This document shows, one piece after another, positions 23,930 to 33,329 of a DNA stretch of 64,000 bases; position 1 is the stretch's first letter, and each line of letters starts with the position of its first letter. The stretch comes from an uncultured Chloroflexia bacterium (lineage in GTDB: Bacteria; Chloroflexota; Chloroflexia; Thermomicrobiales; UBA6265). The notes beneath the pieces are model-generated. The model saw only the letters and a program-made list of their open reading frames with translations, had not been told where the DNA came from and ran no database searches. A program made the position numbers and the translations under genes. The stretch lies in NCBI GenBank assembly GCA_963724295.1, contig CAVRUC010000006.1, forward strand, positions 1 to 64,000, written 5' to 3'.

Positions 23930-25693
23930 TCAGACGACGAGCGTGCCGAACTGGGCGGTGTGGAGGCGGCGGTAGATACCACCGGCGGCGATCAACTCGT
24001 CGTGGCGCCCTTCCTCGGCAACGCCTGATTCATCGACCACGACGATACGGTCGGCATTCTGGATGGTGGCCAGGCGGTGGGCGATGACCAGCGTGGTGCG
24101 GCCCTTTGACAGCTCCATGAGGGATTGCTGGATGGCCCGCTCCGTCTCGGAGTCGAGCGCGGACGTGGCCTCGTCCAGGATGAGGATCGGTGGGTTCTTG
24201 ACGAACATGCGGGCGATGGCCAGACGCTGCTTCTGCCCGCCGGAGAGCTTCACGCCACGCTCGCCGATGACGGTGTCCAGACCGTCGGGCAATCCCGCGA
24301 TGACGGTGTCCAGCTTGGCGCGTCGCGCCGCCTCCTCGATCTCATCATCGCTGGCGCCGAGGCGGCCGTAGGCGATGTTCTCGCGGATGGTGCCGGCGAA
24401 GAGGAAGACGTCCTGCTGCACGATGCCGATCTCCCGTCGCAGCGATGAGAGGGTCATCGTCCGGATATCGATGCCGTCGATGGTGATCCGGCCGGCGTCG
24501 ATCTCGTAGAAGCGCGGCAGCAGCGAGCAGATCGTCGTCTTCCCGGCGCCCGAAGGGCCGACGAAGGCGACGGTCTCACCGGCGCGGATATCGAGGTCGA
24601 TGTCGCGCAGCACCGTCCGCTCCGGGCCGTAGCCGAAGGTCACGTTCTCGTAGCGGATGTCGCCGCGCAATCCCGAGACCGCGATCGCATCGGGGGCGTC
24701 GACGATATCCGGCTCGGTGTCCAGCAGCTCGGTGTAGCGCCGGAATCCGGCGATCCCCTTGGGGTACGTCTCCAGGACAGCATTGATCTTTTCCACAGGG
24801 CGGAAGAAGACGCCAACGAGGAGGAGGAAGCTGATGAAGCCGCCCTCGCTCAACTCGCCGTGGAGCACGAAGTACGTCCCCGCGATCATCACCACCAGCT
24901 GGGTGAAGCGCATGCTGAGGTAGCTCAGCGACATGCTGGCGGCCATGATGCGGTAGGCCTCCAGCTTGGTGGCGCGGTAGCGGGCGTTGTCGCCGGCGAA
25001 GAGGTGACGCTCGTAGTCCTCGTTGGCGAAGGCCTGCACCACACGCATGCCGCCGACGTTCTCCTCGATACGCGCGTTGAACTCGCCGACGCGGCCGAAG
25101 AGCGCGCGCCAGGTGCGCGTCATGCGCCCGCCGTAACGGGTGGTGATCCACCCGGTGACCGGGACGATCAAGGCGGTGATGAGGGCGAGTTTGGGGTTGA
25201 CCACGAACATCAGGACGAAGGCGCCGACGAAGGTCATCACCGCGACGAAGAGATCTTCCGGACCGTGGTGGGCGACCTCGCCGATCTCCTCCAGATCCTT
25301 CGTCACCCGCGCCACGAGATGTCCGGTCTTCTGGTTGTCGTAGAAGCGGAACGAGAGCTTCTGCAGGTGGTCGAAGCTCTTGCGGCGCATCTCGGTCTCG
25401 ATATTGATGCCGAGCATGTGGCCCCAGTAGTTGACGACCACCATGAGACCGGTGTTCAGCAGGTAGACCGCCAGCAGCGCCGCGGCGGCGACGAGGATCA
25501 ATCCCCAGTCCTGGCCGGGGAGGAGGCGGTCGATGAACAGCCCAACCGCCATCGGGAAGCCGAGCTCGAGCACACCGCAGAGCACCGCGCAGGAGAAGTC
25601 CAGGGCGAAGAGTTTGCGATGGGGTTGGTAGTAGGTGAAGAAACGCCTGAGGAGCTGTCGCGTCCCGCTATCGTTTCCGGATCTCATCTCCAT
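23930..25693 (-). CDS. ABC exporter, fused permease/ATP-binding protein
   Basis: N-terminal TM domain; GPSGAGKT, LSGGQKQR, ILDEATSALD, IAHRL. Confidence 0.95.
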   Translation of the reverse strand: MEMRSGNDSGTRQLLRRFFTYYQPHRKLFALDFSCAVLCGVLELGFPMAVGLFIDRLLPGQDWGLILVAAAALLAVYLLNTGLMVVVNYWGHMLGINIETEMRRKSFDHLQKLSFRFYDNQKTGHLVARVTKDLEEIGEVAHHGPEDLFVAVMTFVGAFVLMFVVNPKLALITALIVPVTGWITTRYGGRMTRTWRALFGRVGEFNARIEENVGGMRVVQAFANEDYERHLFAGDNARYRATKLEAYRIMAASMSLSYLSMRFTQLVVMIAGTYFVLHGELSEGGFISFLLLVGVFFRPVEKINAVLETYPKGIAGFRRYTELLDTEPDIVDAPDAIAVSGLRGDIRYENVTFGYGPERTVLRDIDLDIRAGETVAFVGPSGAGKTTICSLLPRFYEIDAGRITIDGIDIRTMTLSSLRREIGIVQQDVFLFAGTIRENIAYGRLGASDDEIEEAARRAKLDTVIAGLPDGLDTVIGERGVKLSGGQKQRLAIARMFVKNPPILILDEATSALDSETERAIQQSLMELSKGRTTLVIAHRLATIQNADRIVVVDESGVAEEGRHDELIAAGGIYRRLHTAQFGTLVV

Positions 25694-25772
25694 GTCGCGC
25701 GACGGTCCTCACAGGAACAAGGTAAAAGAGCGACGAAGCCCACGGTCGGCGCGAGCGTCTATCAGTCTACTG

Positions 25773-25925
25773 CCCTCACCCCCCACCTTCTCTCCAAAAC
25801 CCTCACCCCAACCCCTCTCCCAGTGCGCTGGGAGAGGGGCGCTCACCACGGTCGCCGGCAGTGCTCCCTTCTCCCCGCGCATGGGGAGAAGGGCCGGGGA
25901 TGAGGGGCGTCTCGGGGATGAGGGG
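25773..25925. repeat. REP-like palindromic element (CCCTCACCCC...CCCTCTCCC/GGGAGAGGG type)
   Basis: CCCTCACCCC x2; hairpins CCCCTCTCCCAG/CTGGGAGAGGGG and CCCTTCTCCCC/GGGGAGAAGGG; GGGGATGAGGGG x2. Confidence 0.8.
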
Positions 25926-25956
25926 TTAGCGGACGGGGCGGTCGTGGAAGGAACGA

Positions 25957-26880
25957 TTAGCTTGGGCTTGCCGGCGGCGCGATGCCGTGGCGACGCCATG
26001 ACTCCAGGCCGCCCGCGATGAGTTTGACGCCGGAATCGACAGCCACGTCGCCGCCATCGCCGTCCGCCCAGACCGCAACCATCGCGTAGGTGACGACCTT
26101 GCCGGTGGCCATGACGGTGTCAATGGCGGCCAGCACCTGCTCCATGCTCGGGCCGTTCGGTTCCCTGGTGCGATGGTTCGGGACGTAGCGCTCGTCGAGG
26201 ATGTCGGAGTCGACGTGCAGGTAGATAAGATCACAGCGATCGGCGAGATCGCGTACGGCCCGCTCCAGATCTTCACCGGGAAACCCGGGGGCCGGCGCGG
26301 CGATCACCACGTCGGTGGCGCGGACGAGCTGCTCCTCAGGCGGATCGAGGTTGCGCACGTCGACCATCAGGATGCGGTCGGTCGGCAGCGGCGCCGCCTG
26401 ACGCGACATCTCGCGCCAGCGGGGGTAGGCCAGACCGGCCGAGACGGCAACCGGCATCCCACCGAGCATGCCGGAGAGGGTCGTGCGGGGCGTGTTGAAA
26501 TCGCCGTGGGCATCGAACCAGACCAGTCCGATCTTCGCCGCGGGACCGTGCGCCTCCTGCAACCCGCCCACGACGCCGGGGACAGAGGCACAGTTGCCAC
26601 CGACGACCAGCACCGGTTTGCCCTCGCGGCGGCCCGCGGCCACCGCCTCGGCGATCTGGCCACCGATCAGACCGAGGTTGATCGTCGGCTCCTCGTCTCG
26701 CCGCTCTTCCGGAAACTCCGGCTCGACGACCGTCGCCGCCCCGAGCCGCTGGTACGCGCCGGATGCCGCATAGGCGTCGACCGGGTCACTTCCCGGTAAG
26801 GCAGGGTCGCTGCCCTGGTAGCGAATCTGGACAACGTGCAATCCCGGGAGTGTTTCTGGGTCTCGTTTCATGTGACTCAC
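25957..26880 (-). CDS. arginase/ureohydrolase family protein
   Basis: GGNC, WFDAHGDFN (DAHxD), HVDSD (DxD). The GTG start overlaps the TGA stop of the extended MerB frame. Confidence 0.88.
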   Translation of the reverse strand: MSHMKRDPETLPGLHVVQIRYQGSDPALPGSDPVDAYAASGAYQRLGAATVVEPEFPEERRDEEPTINLGLIGGQIAEAVAAGRREGKPVLVVGGNCASVPGVVGGLQEAHGPAAKIGLVWFDAHGDFNTPRTTLSGMLGGMPVAVSAGLAYPRWREMSRQAAPLPTDRILMVDVRNLDPPEEQLVRATDVVIAAPAPGFPGEDLERAVRDLADRCDLIYLHVDSDILDERYVPNHRTREPNGPSMEQVLAAIDTVMATGKVVTYAMVAVWADGDGGDVAVDSGVKLIAGGLESWRRHGIAPPASPS

Positions 26881-27563
26881 TCATCCTCTCCAGAAAGCCG
26901 CCAGAACGCCGAGGTCAGTCCCTCACCACGAAAGATCGCCTCGGCTTCAGCAGCGGTGCGACCGCGAAAATCGGGCGCAAGGCGATCCCCGTACCAGGCA
27001 TTGGCCAGGGACCATACCTGCTCGAGGGGGAGAATCTCACCGCGCGGCTTCCCTGTCTGCGAGGACCAACGAACGACGTCGTCTTCCGACCGGAAGAAGA
27101 GGATCGACGCTCAGGTCGCGATCAGGTCGTCGTACCAATGGCGAAACGGTAATGGAAAGTGGACCACTCCGTGCCACCCCTGCACCCGTCCCGCTTCGAT
27201 CGTGAACCGGATCGACTCGCTCTCCCCAAGTGGCGCTTCGATGCGGGCATCGGCGTGCAGGGCGGCCGGGATGCCGAGCGCGTCCCAGGCGCAGTTCGCC
27301 CAGTAGGTGCGGTCGCCTGCCTCGACCCGAAATGCGGTCGGTACCCCGGAAAAGGGGTGCGCCATGCGAACGTCATGACTGCCGGGTGTCAGAAAGAGGG
27401 CGTGGCGGTCGTTGAGCCGTTCGTAGGCTGACCGCACATCGTCCGGGCTGACGCCAAGCGCCGTGGCGACCTCGTCTGCTGTGGGCGGCACGGTCCGTTC
27501 CAGGATGGTTGCGTAGACCGCGTGGCGCACGGTCCAATCGAAGAGCTGGGAGTCGTTGTCCAC
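26877..27563 (-). CDS. MerB-like organomercurial/organometallic lyase, candidate selenoprotein (in-frame UGA 27111-27113), 228 aa
   Basis: N-terminal HTH, HPFSGVPTAF, WANCAWDA (MerB C96/D99-like). Reading through the UGA gives T-U-ASILFFRSEDDVVRW...LANAWYGDRLAPDFRGRT...FW to TGA 26877. SECIS-like hairpin follows the UGA. Confidence 0.85.
27076..27113 (-). promoter_or_regulatory. bacterial SECIS-like hairpin
   Basis: UGA GCGUCG AUCCUCU UCUUCC GGUC GGAAGA CGACGU: lower stem, bulge, 6-bp upper stem and GGUC loop 19 nt after the UGA. Confidence 0.7.
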
Positions 27564-27595
27564 GGGCGCCTCCTATCCCATGTCAGCCCTTACCT

Positions 27596-28033
27596 CTACA
27601 CCGGCTCAAAGTCGTACCGGGAGGCAATCTCCGCCATCTCGGCCGGCGACCAGGGATGGCCCTCCGCCATCCGTTTGACCGCCTCCTTGAGGTACTGCTC
27701 GAGGCCGGACGGCTGGAAGATGTTCAGGACCCGAGCCGGCACTGAACCCCGGTTGGCGAAGGTGTGGACGACCCCCGGTGGCACGAGGACGAAGGAGCCG
27801 GGGCCGAGGATGCGCCACTCGCCTCCCAGGTCGAAAGCCAGCTCCCCTTCCAGGACATAGAAGATGTCCGTCATGCTGGCATGCCGGTGCCGGACCGGAC
27901 CGGGGAAGCCCGGCGGTACAGTGTTGTCGGCGATCGCGATCGGTTGGTCCGGCGACTGTGCGAGGAGGCGCAAGCGAAGCGCACCGGCGTCGTAGACCTC
28001 ACCGTCCGACTCCTCGAAGACGATCGGGTCCAT
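27596..28033 (-). CDS. cupin domain protein
   Basis: GPVRHRH...IFYVLEGEL, PGSFVLVPPGVVHTFAN. Confidence 0.9.
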   Translation of the reverse strand: MDPIVFEESDGEVYDAGALRLRLLAQSPDQPIAIADNTVPPGFPGPVRHRHASMTDIFYVLEGELAFDLGGEWRILGPGSFVLVPPGVVHTFANRGSVPARVLNIFQPSGLEQYLKEAVKRMAEGHPWSPAEMAEIASRYDFEPV

Positions 28034-28324
28034 GGCTTGCACCCTCCAGAATTGCATACCAGATGGTCAGTATCAGAGCCGGGATTTCAGAATCGCGCCT
28101 GAACGATCGGCTCCGGTCACGGCGCCATTGTCTCGTGCCGGACCTGTTTTGCAACACTCTCTTGCTTGGGGTGATTTGTGGGTAGCGACTGTACTCCGGG
28201 AACGCGACGTGGTCGCCGGATCGCTGTCCGGCACCTTATGCTAGGTCGGTACGCTTGCTGACGATGTATGGGAAACCAGTCCTTTACGCGTAATTCAGTG
28301 AGAGAGCAAAGAGGGGGTTCCATA

Positions 28325-28606
28325 ATGGCAGATACGTTGGAACAGACGGATGTGCAGGAGAATTTGCTGGGAAAGGTCACCTTCCAGGAGCCCGATGGGG
28401 GATGGTCCGCGGAGGCCTACGAGCAGCAGCTCGAGGAGTATGTGGCCGTCCGAGGACGGGCGCCGCAGTCCGTCACGATGCATCCGGACACGGAGCAAGC
28501 GCTCGGTCTGAGCGAGGGGACCGTCGATCCGTCGCGGACCAGCAGCGTTCCGCTCGTCATCACCTCGCCTGATTACGATCGCGACACGATCACGCTGTAT
28601 TTCTAA
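28325..28606 (+). CDS. small acidic hypothetical protein
   Basis: GAGGGGG RBS, ATG, plausible codon usage; no family recognised. Confidence 0.6.
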   Translation: MADTLEQTDVQENLLGKVTFQEPDGGWSAEAYEQQLEEYVAVRGRAPQSVTMHPDTEQALGLSEGTVDPSRTSSVPLVITSPDYDRDTITLYF

Positions 28607-28643
28607 CCGCGCCCTTCTCTACAACCCACCACGTCAGACGCTG

Positions 28644-29841
28644 TCATCGCGGCACGAGGTCCACGGTGCGCTCCTGGCTCAGACGGCGTCCCAGGTGGCT
28701 GGCCACGAGCGCTCCCAGGATGAAGATCGGCACCACGCCGTAGGCCAGGCGGATGCCGGCGGCGTCGGCGAGCGCGCCGAGCAGCAGCGGCGCCGCCAGG
28801 ATGGCGGTGCCGGAGGCGAAGGTGAGCCGTGCGCCGGCCTCGTTCGATTGGCCGGGAGCCGCGCCGAGCGCAAGCGCAACGATCAGCGGATAGAGGTTGG
28901 CCACCCCGATGCCGGCGACAAACAGACCGAGCACCGCAACGAGAGCGACAGGCGCCAGCCAGTAGACGAAAAAGCCGGCGACGGAGATCCCTAGCGCTAG
29001 CAGCAGGAGCCGCTCCATCGGCATCCGCCGGGCGAACTGCCGGCCGGCAATGCGGCCGGCGACCATACCCCACAGGAAGAGGCTGACCGTGGTCGCCGCC
29101 GCGCTCGTCGAAAGACCGGCCGTGACCAGAAAGTCGGCTCCCCAGAAGATCAGGCTGAACTCGATGCCGACGGTGAGGACCACGGCGCACCAGAACGCCC
29201 AATAGGCGAGAGGAAGGCGCGTGCCGACATCACGCTGGGCCGCGGTCTGGTGCGCGGCGGGAAGCGTGACCCGCCCGAAGCGGATCGCCAGGAAGAGCGG
29301 GATCACCAGCGATAGCAGCAGCGCGCCGCGCCAGCCGGCGGGCGTCTGCTCGCCGAGACCGATCAACAGCCCCGCCATGGCGCCAGTCGCGGCGGACAGG
29401 GTGTTGGCCTCGACGATCGCGACCGCGCGGTTCTCGCCGTGGCGGTCGGCAAGGATCGCCGGGATCAGAATCAGCACGAGCGAGCCGACCCCGCCCATCA
29501 GCAGCACGCTGCCAACGGTCAGGACCGGAGTGTGGAAGATGGTCAGGGCCACGGCGCCGGCGACGAGTCCGGTCGGCCCCGGTCCAGAAAACGGTCCTGC
29601 GCCCATAGCGGCGGACGACGCGGTCTCCGACCAGGCCGGCCAGAATCATGCCGACGGCGAAGGCGCTGAAGTGAAGGCTGGCGATCGTGTAGGAGAGCCC
29701 TAGCTCCTCGCGCAGCGATGGCATCAAGGGGCCGAGACCACTGAGGAGATAGTTGTAGAAGCCGAGCATCCCGAACGCGAACCAGGTCAGCTCGTCGCGG
29801 TGAAAGGCCGTGCCTCGCGGGTCGCTCACCGCGCTCTCCAT
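28644..29841 (-). CDS. MFS transporter, frameshift near 29578
   Basis: LGPLMPSLREELGLSY, GDRVVRRYGRR, then further TM helices in a second frame. Confidence 0.85.
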
Positions 29842-30123
29842 CGATGAAAGTGAGCTCCACCACCAGTTGCACCAGTAAAGCGAGACGGCGAACGGAGCAG
29901 AGAGGCGGGGACCTTCACCGGACCGTCAGCGCGGGAGTATCGACGCAGGTGCGTGCTGTCCGGGCAATTGACCTGTAGAATTCCGTAAAATCAGGCAGAT
30001 ACTCGCCAGTTCAATGGGGCGCTCCTCGGTGGTGTGGGACACCGCCCGGGTCATGACGCTTCATCGTCAACCGCGTGTCGTCTCTCACACCGGAGCGCCG
30101 GGAACGTCAGTTCGAGGCTTGCC

Positions 30124-33100
30124 ATGGCCGAGAACGCAAACGCCGAACAGATCAGGACCCCTTCGCGACAGGCGACACCGGCGCTCGTCGGCCGAACAAG
30201 GGAGCAGGTCTTCCTGCGCGAAGAGCTCGCCGCGAGTATCACCGGCCACGGGCGACTGGTTCTCCTCGGTGGCGAGGCTGGCATCGGCAAGACTACCCTG
30301 GCCCGGGACCTGGCTCAGGAGGCGGCCGCGCGCGGCGCCTGTGTGCTCACCGGCCACTGCTACGACCTGACCAACACCCCGCCGTACGGACCCTGGCTCG
30401 ACCTCGCGGCCACCTTTCCGCGAGCCCCCGCGCTGCCACCCCCGCCGGCCGCCTTCGCCGGCGGCATCCTGGAGCGCGTCACCGACCAGGCCGCCCTCTT
30501 CGCCGACATCCGCCGTTTCTTCACCGAGCTTAGTGCCACCCGCCCGATTCTCGTGCTTCTCGAGGATCTGCACTGGGCCGATCCCGCCAGTCTGGAACTC
30601 CTCCGCAACGTTGCGCCCCACCTTCGCCGGTGGTCGATCCTCCTCCTCGCTACCTATCGCGTCGATGAGCTGACGCGACGCCATCCCTTCACGCAGCAGT
30701 TGCCGGCGCTGGTGCGCGAGGCGGAGGGACTGCGGCTCGATCTGCGTCGGCTCGACGCTCCTGCCCTGCGCGCGCTCGTCGCGACCCGCTACCATCTCCC
30801 GGCTCCAGACGAAGCGCGTCTCGTCGTCTATCTGGATCAGCACGCTGACGGTAACCCCTTCTTCGCGACTGAGATCCTGCGCGCGTTGGAAGAGGAAGGG
30901 TTTCTCCGAGAGGCTGGAGGCGGGTGGTCGCTCGGCGAAATCGACCGCGTCGTGGTGCCTGCATTCCTGCGCCAGGTGATCGACAGGCGCGTGGAGCGGC
31001 TCGGCGAAGACCTACGCCAGCCTTTGGCGATGGCCGCCGTGATCGGGCAGGAAGTGCCCCTCGCCCTCTGGTCCCACCTGGCAGGTCTCGACGACGAGGC
31101 CCTGCTGGAGATTGTCGAACAGGCGGTCGAGGCGCACCTCCTGGCCGCCGAACGGGACGGCGCCCGCGTCCGGTTCGTGCACGCGCTCACCCGCGAGGCG
31201 CTCTACGAGGGCGTCTTGCCGCCGCGCCGCCGCCTCTGGCACCGCCAGGTGGCGGAGGTCGTGATGGCAGGCGCTAACCCTGACGTCGAAGCCGTCGCAT
31301 ATCACTTGCAGCAGGCCGGCGATGAGCGAGCCTGGGAATGGTTGGAACGAGCTGGCGATCGCGCCCAACGGGCCTACGCCTGGCTTACCGCCATCGACCG
31401 CTTCCGGTCTGCGGCGGATCTCCTTAAAGACATCGAAGGGGCGGAGCGAACTCGCGGCCAGCTGCTGTACCGCTACTCCCGTTTGCAGCGCTTTTCTGAT
31501 GTGGCAGGCGCCATTGCCGCCGTTGACGAGGCTGGAGGGCTCGCAGCGCGGATAGACGACGAGATCCTCGCCGCCGAGGTCTTCTTCCATCGCGGGATTC
31601 TGCTCTGCTATGCCGACCACTTCCGGTCCGGACTCGCCGAGATGACAATGGGCATCGAGGCGCTCGAGGCACTGCCATTGGAGGCAACGCGCGAATTCAG
31701 CGTGACCGAGCCCTGGCTTGGCGATGCTCTTTCGGTCACAACTCCTGTCAACACTGCCGCGGACGATGCGGCGATGTCCCTCCTCCACGCCGCGGGGCTT
31801 CACTACAGGCGCGGAACTCAACCTTTCTTGCTTGCCGGCGCGGGAAGGATTCAGCAGGCTATCGCTATTGCCGAGCAGTTCATCGCCGTGCTAGCTGAGG
31901 CTCCGACGCCGACGAAAGGAATCGGCTCGATCACCTCCTTCTCGTATATGGGCCTCGGCGTCGCCAACGCGGCGCTCGGCCAATCGAACGAAGCCAGAGA
32001 TGCATTCAAGCGAGCCTTGGAAGTCTTCCAGGCCATGGACCACCATTGCCTAATTGCATTCACACTCCTCACCGCAATGCGGGATGTGGCGATGAGCTAT
32101 GTCGCCGCCGATCCTCGCCTCCGGCACCAGATGGCGGCCGAAGCTGAAGCGGCCCTCGGCCGGGCCGGTGGCGCTCTTGACCCGAATGTATCGCCCCGCC
32201 TGGCTGGTCTCGGGTGTCTGGTCCTCGATGGGCAATGGGAGGAAGCGCTCACGGTTCTGCGTGAATTACCACTCCCTGGCAACGCATATCTGCGGCGAGA
32301 GTTCACCAACGCGCGGGTGATGCTCTCCCGCCATCAAGGGGAACCGGAGATTGCCTGGCAGGAGATCTCCGGGCTGTTTCCTGACGGAGCCGCGACGGAG
32401 CCCGGCGACCTTATCCATCAGGAGGGATTGTTCCTCCAGCGCCTCGCAGCCGATCTATGCCTCGATGCGGGCGACCTTCCGGGCGCTCATTCCTGGTTGG
32501 CAGCGCACGATGGCTGGCTCGCCTGGAGCGGCAGTGTCCTTGGTCGGGCCGATGGTACTCTCGGCTGGGCGCGCTATCACCGGGCCGCGGACGATGGCGA
32601 CAGCGCGCGAGCACGTGCATCCGAAGCCCTCACGCTCTCCAGTGAACCGGATCAACCATTGGTTCGCCTGGCCGCCCACCGGCTCCTTGGCGAGATCGAA
32701 ACCGCGACCGGTAATCTCCTGGACGCCGAGCCCCATCTGACCGCCGCTCTCGACCTGGCCGACGCATGCGAGGTGCCCTTCGAACGGGCGCTGACGCTTC
32801 TTGCCATCGCAGAGCTCCACGCGGCGCAAGGCGATACTCCTGAGGCGGCTGCTCTTCTGGACGACGTCCGTCACCTGTGCACCTCGCTGGGAGCGGCACC
32901 GGCACTCGCCCGTGCCGCCGTACTGGCGGCCTGTCTGTCCGCAAAGCCGCCTGGTGTGCGTTACCCCTCCGGTCTCACGCAGCGGGAGGTGGAGGTCTTG
33001 CGCTTGATAGCGCGACGACAGACCGATAAGGAGATCGCCGAGGCGCTCTTCCTCGGGCCCCGTACGGTGCAGTCCCACGTTGCCCACATACTCAACAAGC

Positions 33101-33159
33101 TCGACGTCGCGAATCGGCGCGAGGCGGCGGCGCAGGCCGAGAGCCTCGGTCTGGTCTGA
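30124..33159 (+). CDS. large ATP-binding LuxR-family regulator (AAA_16 + TPR-like + HTH LuxR)
   Basis: LVGR, GEAGIGKTTL, LEDLHWAD, GNPFF, C-terminal GLTQREVEVLRL...TVQSHVAHILNKL. Confidence 0.93.
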   Translation: MAENANAEQIRTPSRQATPALVGRTREQVFLREELAASITGHGRLVLLGGEAGIGKTTLARDLAQEAAARGACVLTGHCYDLTNTPPYGPWLDLAATFPRAPALPPPPAAFAGGILERVTDQAALFADIRRFFTELSATRPILVLLEDLHWADPASLELLRNVAPHLRRWSILLLATYRVDELTRRHPFTQQLPALVREAEGLRLDLRRLDAPALRALVATRYHLPAPDEARLVVYLDQHADGNPFFATEILRALEEEGFLREAGGGWSLGEIDRVVVPAFLRQVIDRRVERLGEDLRQPLAMAAVIGQEVPLALWSHLAGLDDEALLEIVEQAVEAHLLAAERDGARVRFVHALTREALYEGVLPPRRRLWHRQVAEVVMAGANPDVEAVAYHLQQAGDERAWEWLERAGDRAQRAYAWLTAIDRFRSAADLLKDIEGAERTRGQLLYRYSRLQRFSDVAGAIAAVDEAGGLAARIDDEILAAEVFFHRGILLCYADHFRSGLAEMTMGIEALEALPLEATREFSVTEPWLGDALSVTTPVNTAADDAAMSLLHAAGLHYRRGTQPFLLAGAGRIQQAIAIAEQFIAVLAEAPTPTKGIGSITSFSYMGLGVANAALGQSNEARDAFKRALEVFQAMDHHCLIAFTLLTAMRDVAMSYVAADPRLRHQMAAEAEAALGRAGGALDPNVSPRLAGLGCLVLDGQWEEALTVLRELPLPGNAYLRREFTNARVMLSRHQGEPEIAWQEISGLFPDGAATEPGDLIHQEGLFLQRLAADLCLDAGDLPGAHSWLAAHDGWLAWSGSVLGRADGTLGWARYHRAADDGDSARARASEALTLSSEPDQPLVRLAAHRLLGEIETATGNLLDAEPHLTAALDLADACEVPFERALTLLAIAELHAAQGDTPEAAALLDDVRHLCTSLGAAPALARAAVLAACLSAKPPGVRYPSGLTQREVEVLRLIARRQTDKEIAEALFLGPRTVQSHVAHILNKLDVANRREAAAQAESLGLV

Positions 33160-33175
33160 GTAGGATCAGTCGGCA

Positions 33176-33238
33176 CCGTAAGAATTACGGAGATGGCGGC
33201 TCGTCCTCTCGCGCCAGAAATCCGTAATCCGGCGGATG
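33176..33238 (+). promoter_or_regulatory. putative operators of the LuxR-type regulator
   Basis: CCGTAAGAATTACGG palindrome and TCCGTAATCCGGCGGATG. A related TCCGTAAAATCAGGCAGAT lies upstream of the regulator (~29982-30000). Confidence 0.5.
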
Positions 33239-33329
33239 TGCACCGCGGGAGGATGATGCATCCTAGGACCAGCCCCGGAAGCACCCGGGGTGAACACGCG
33301 TCCTAAGCGATGGAGCAAGGAGGCACACC

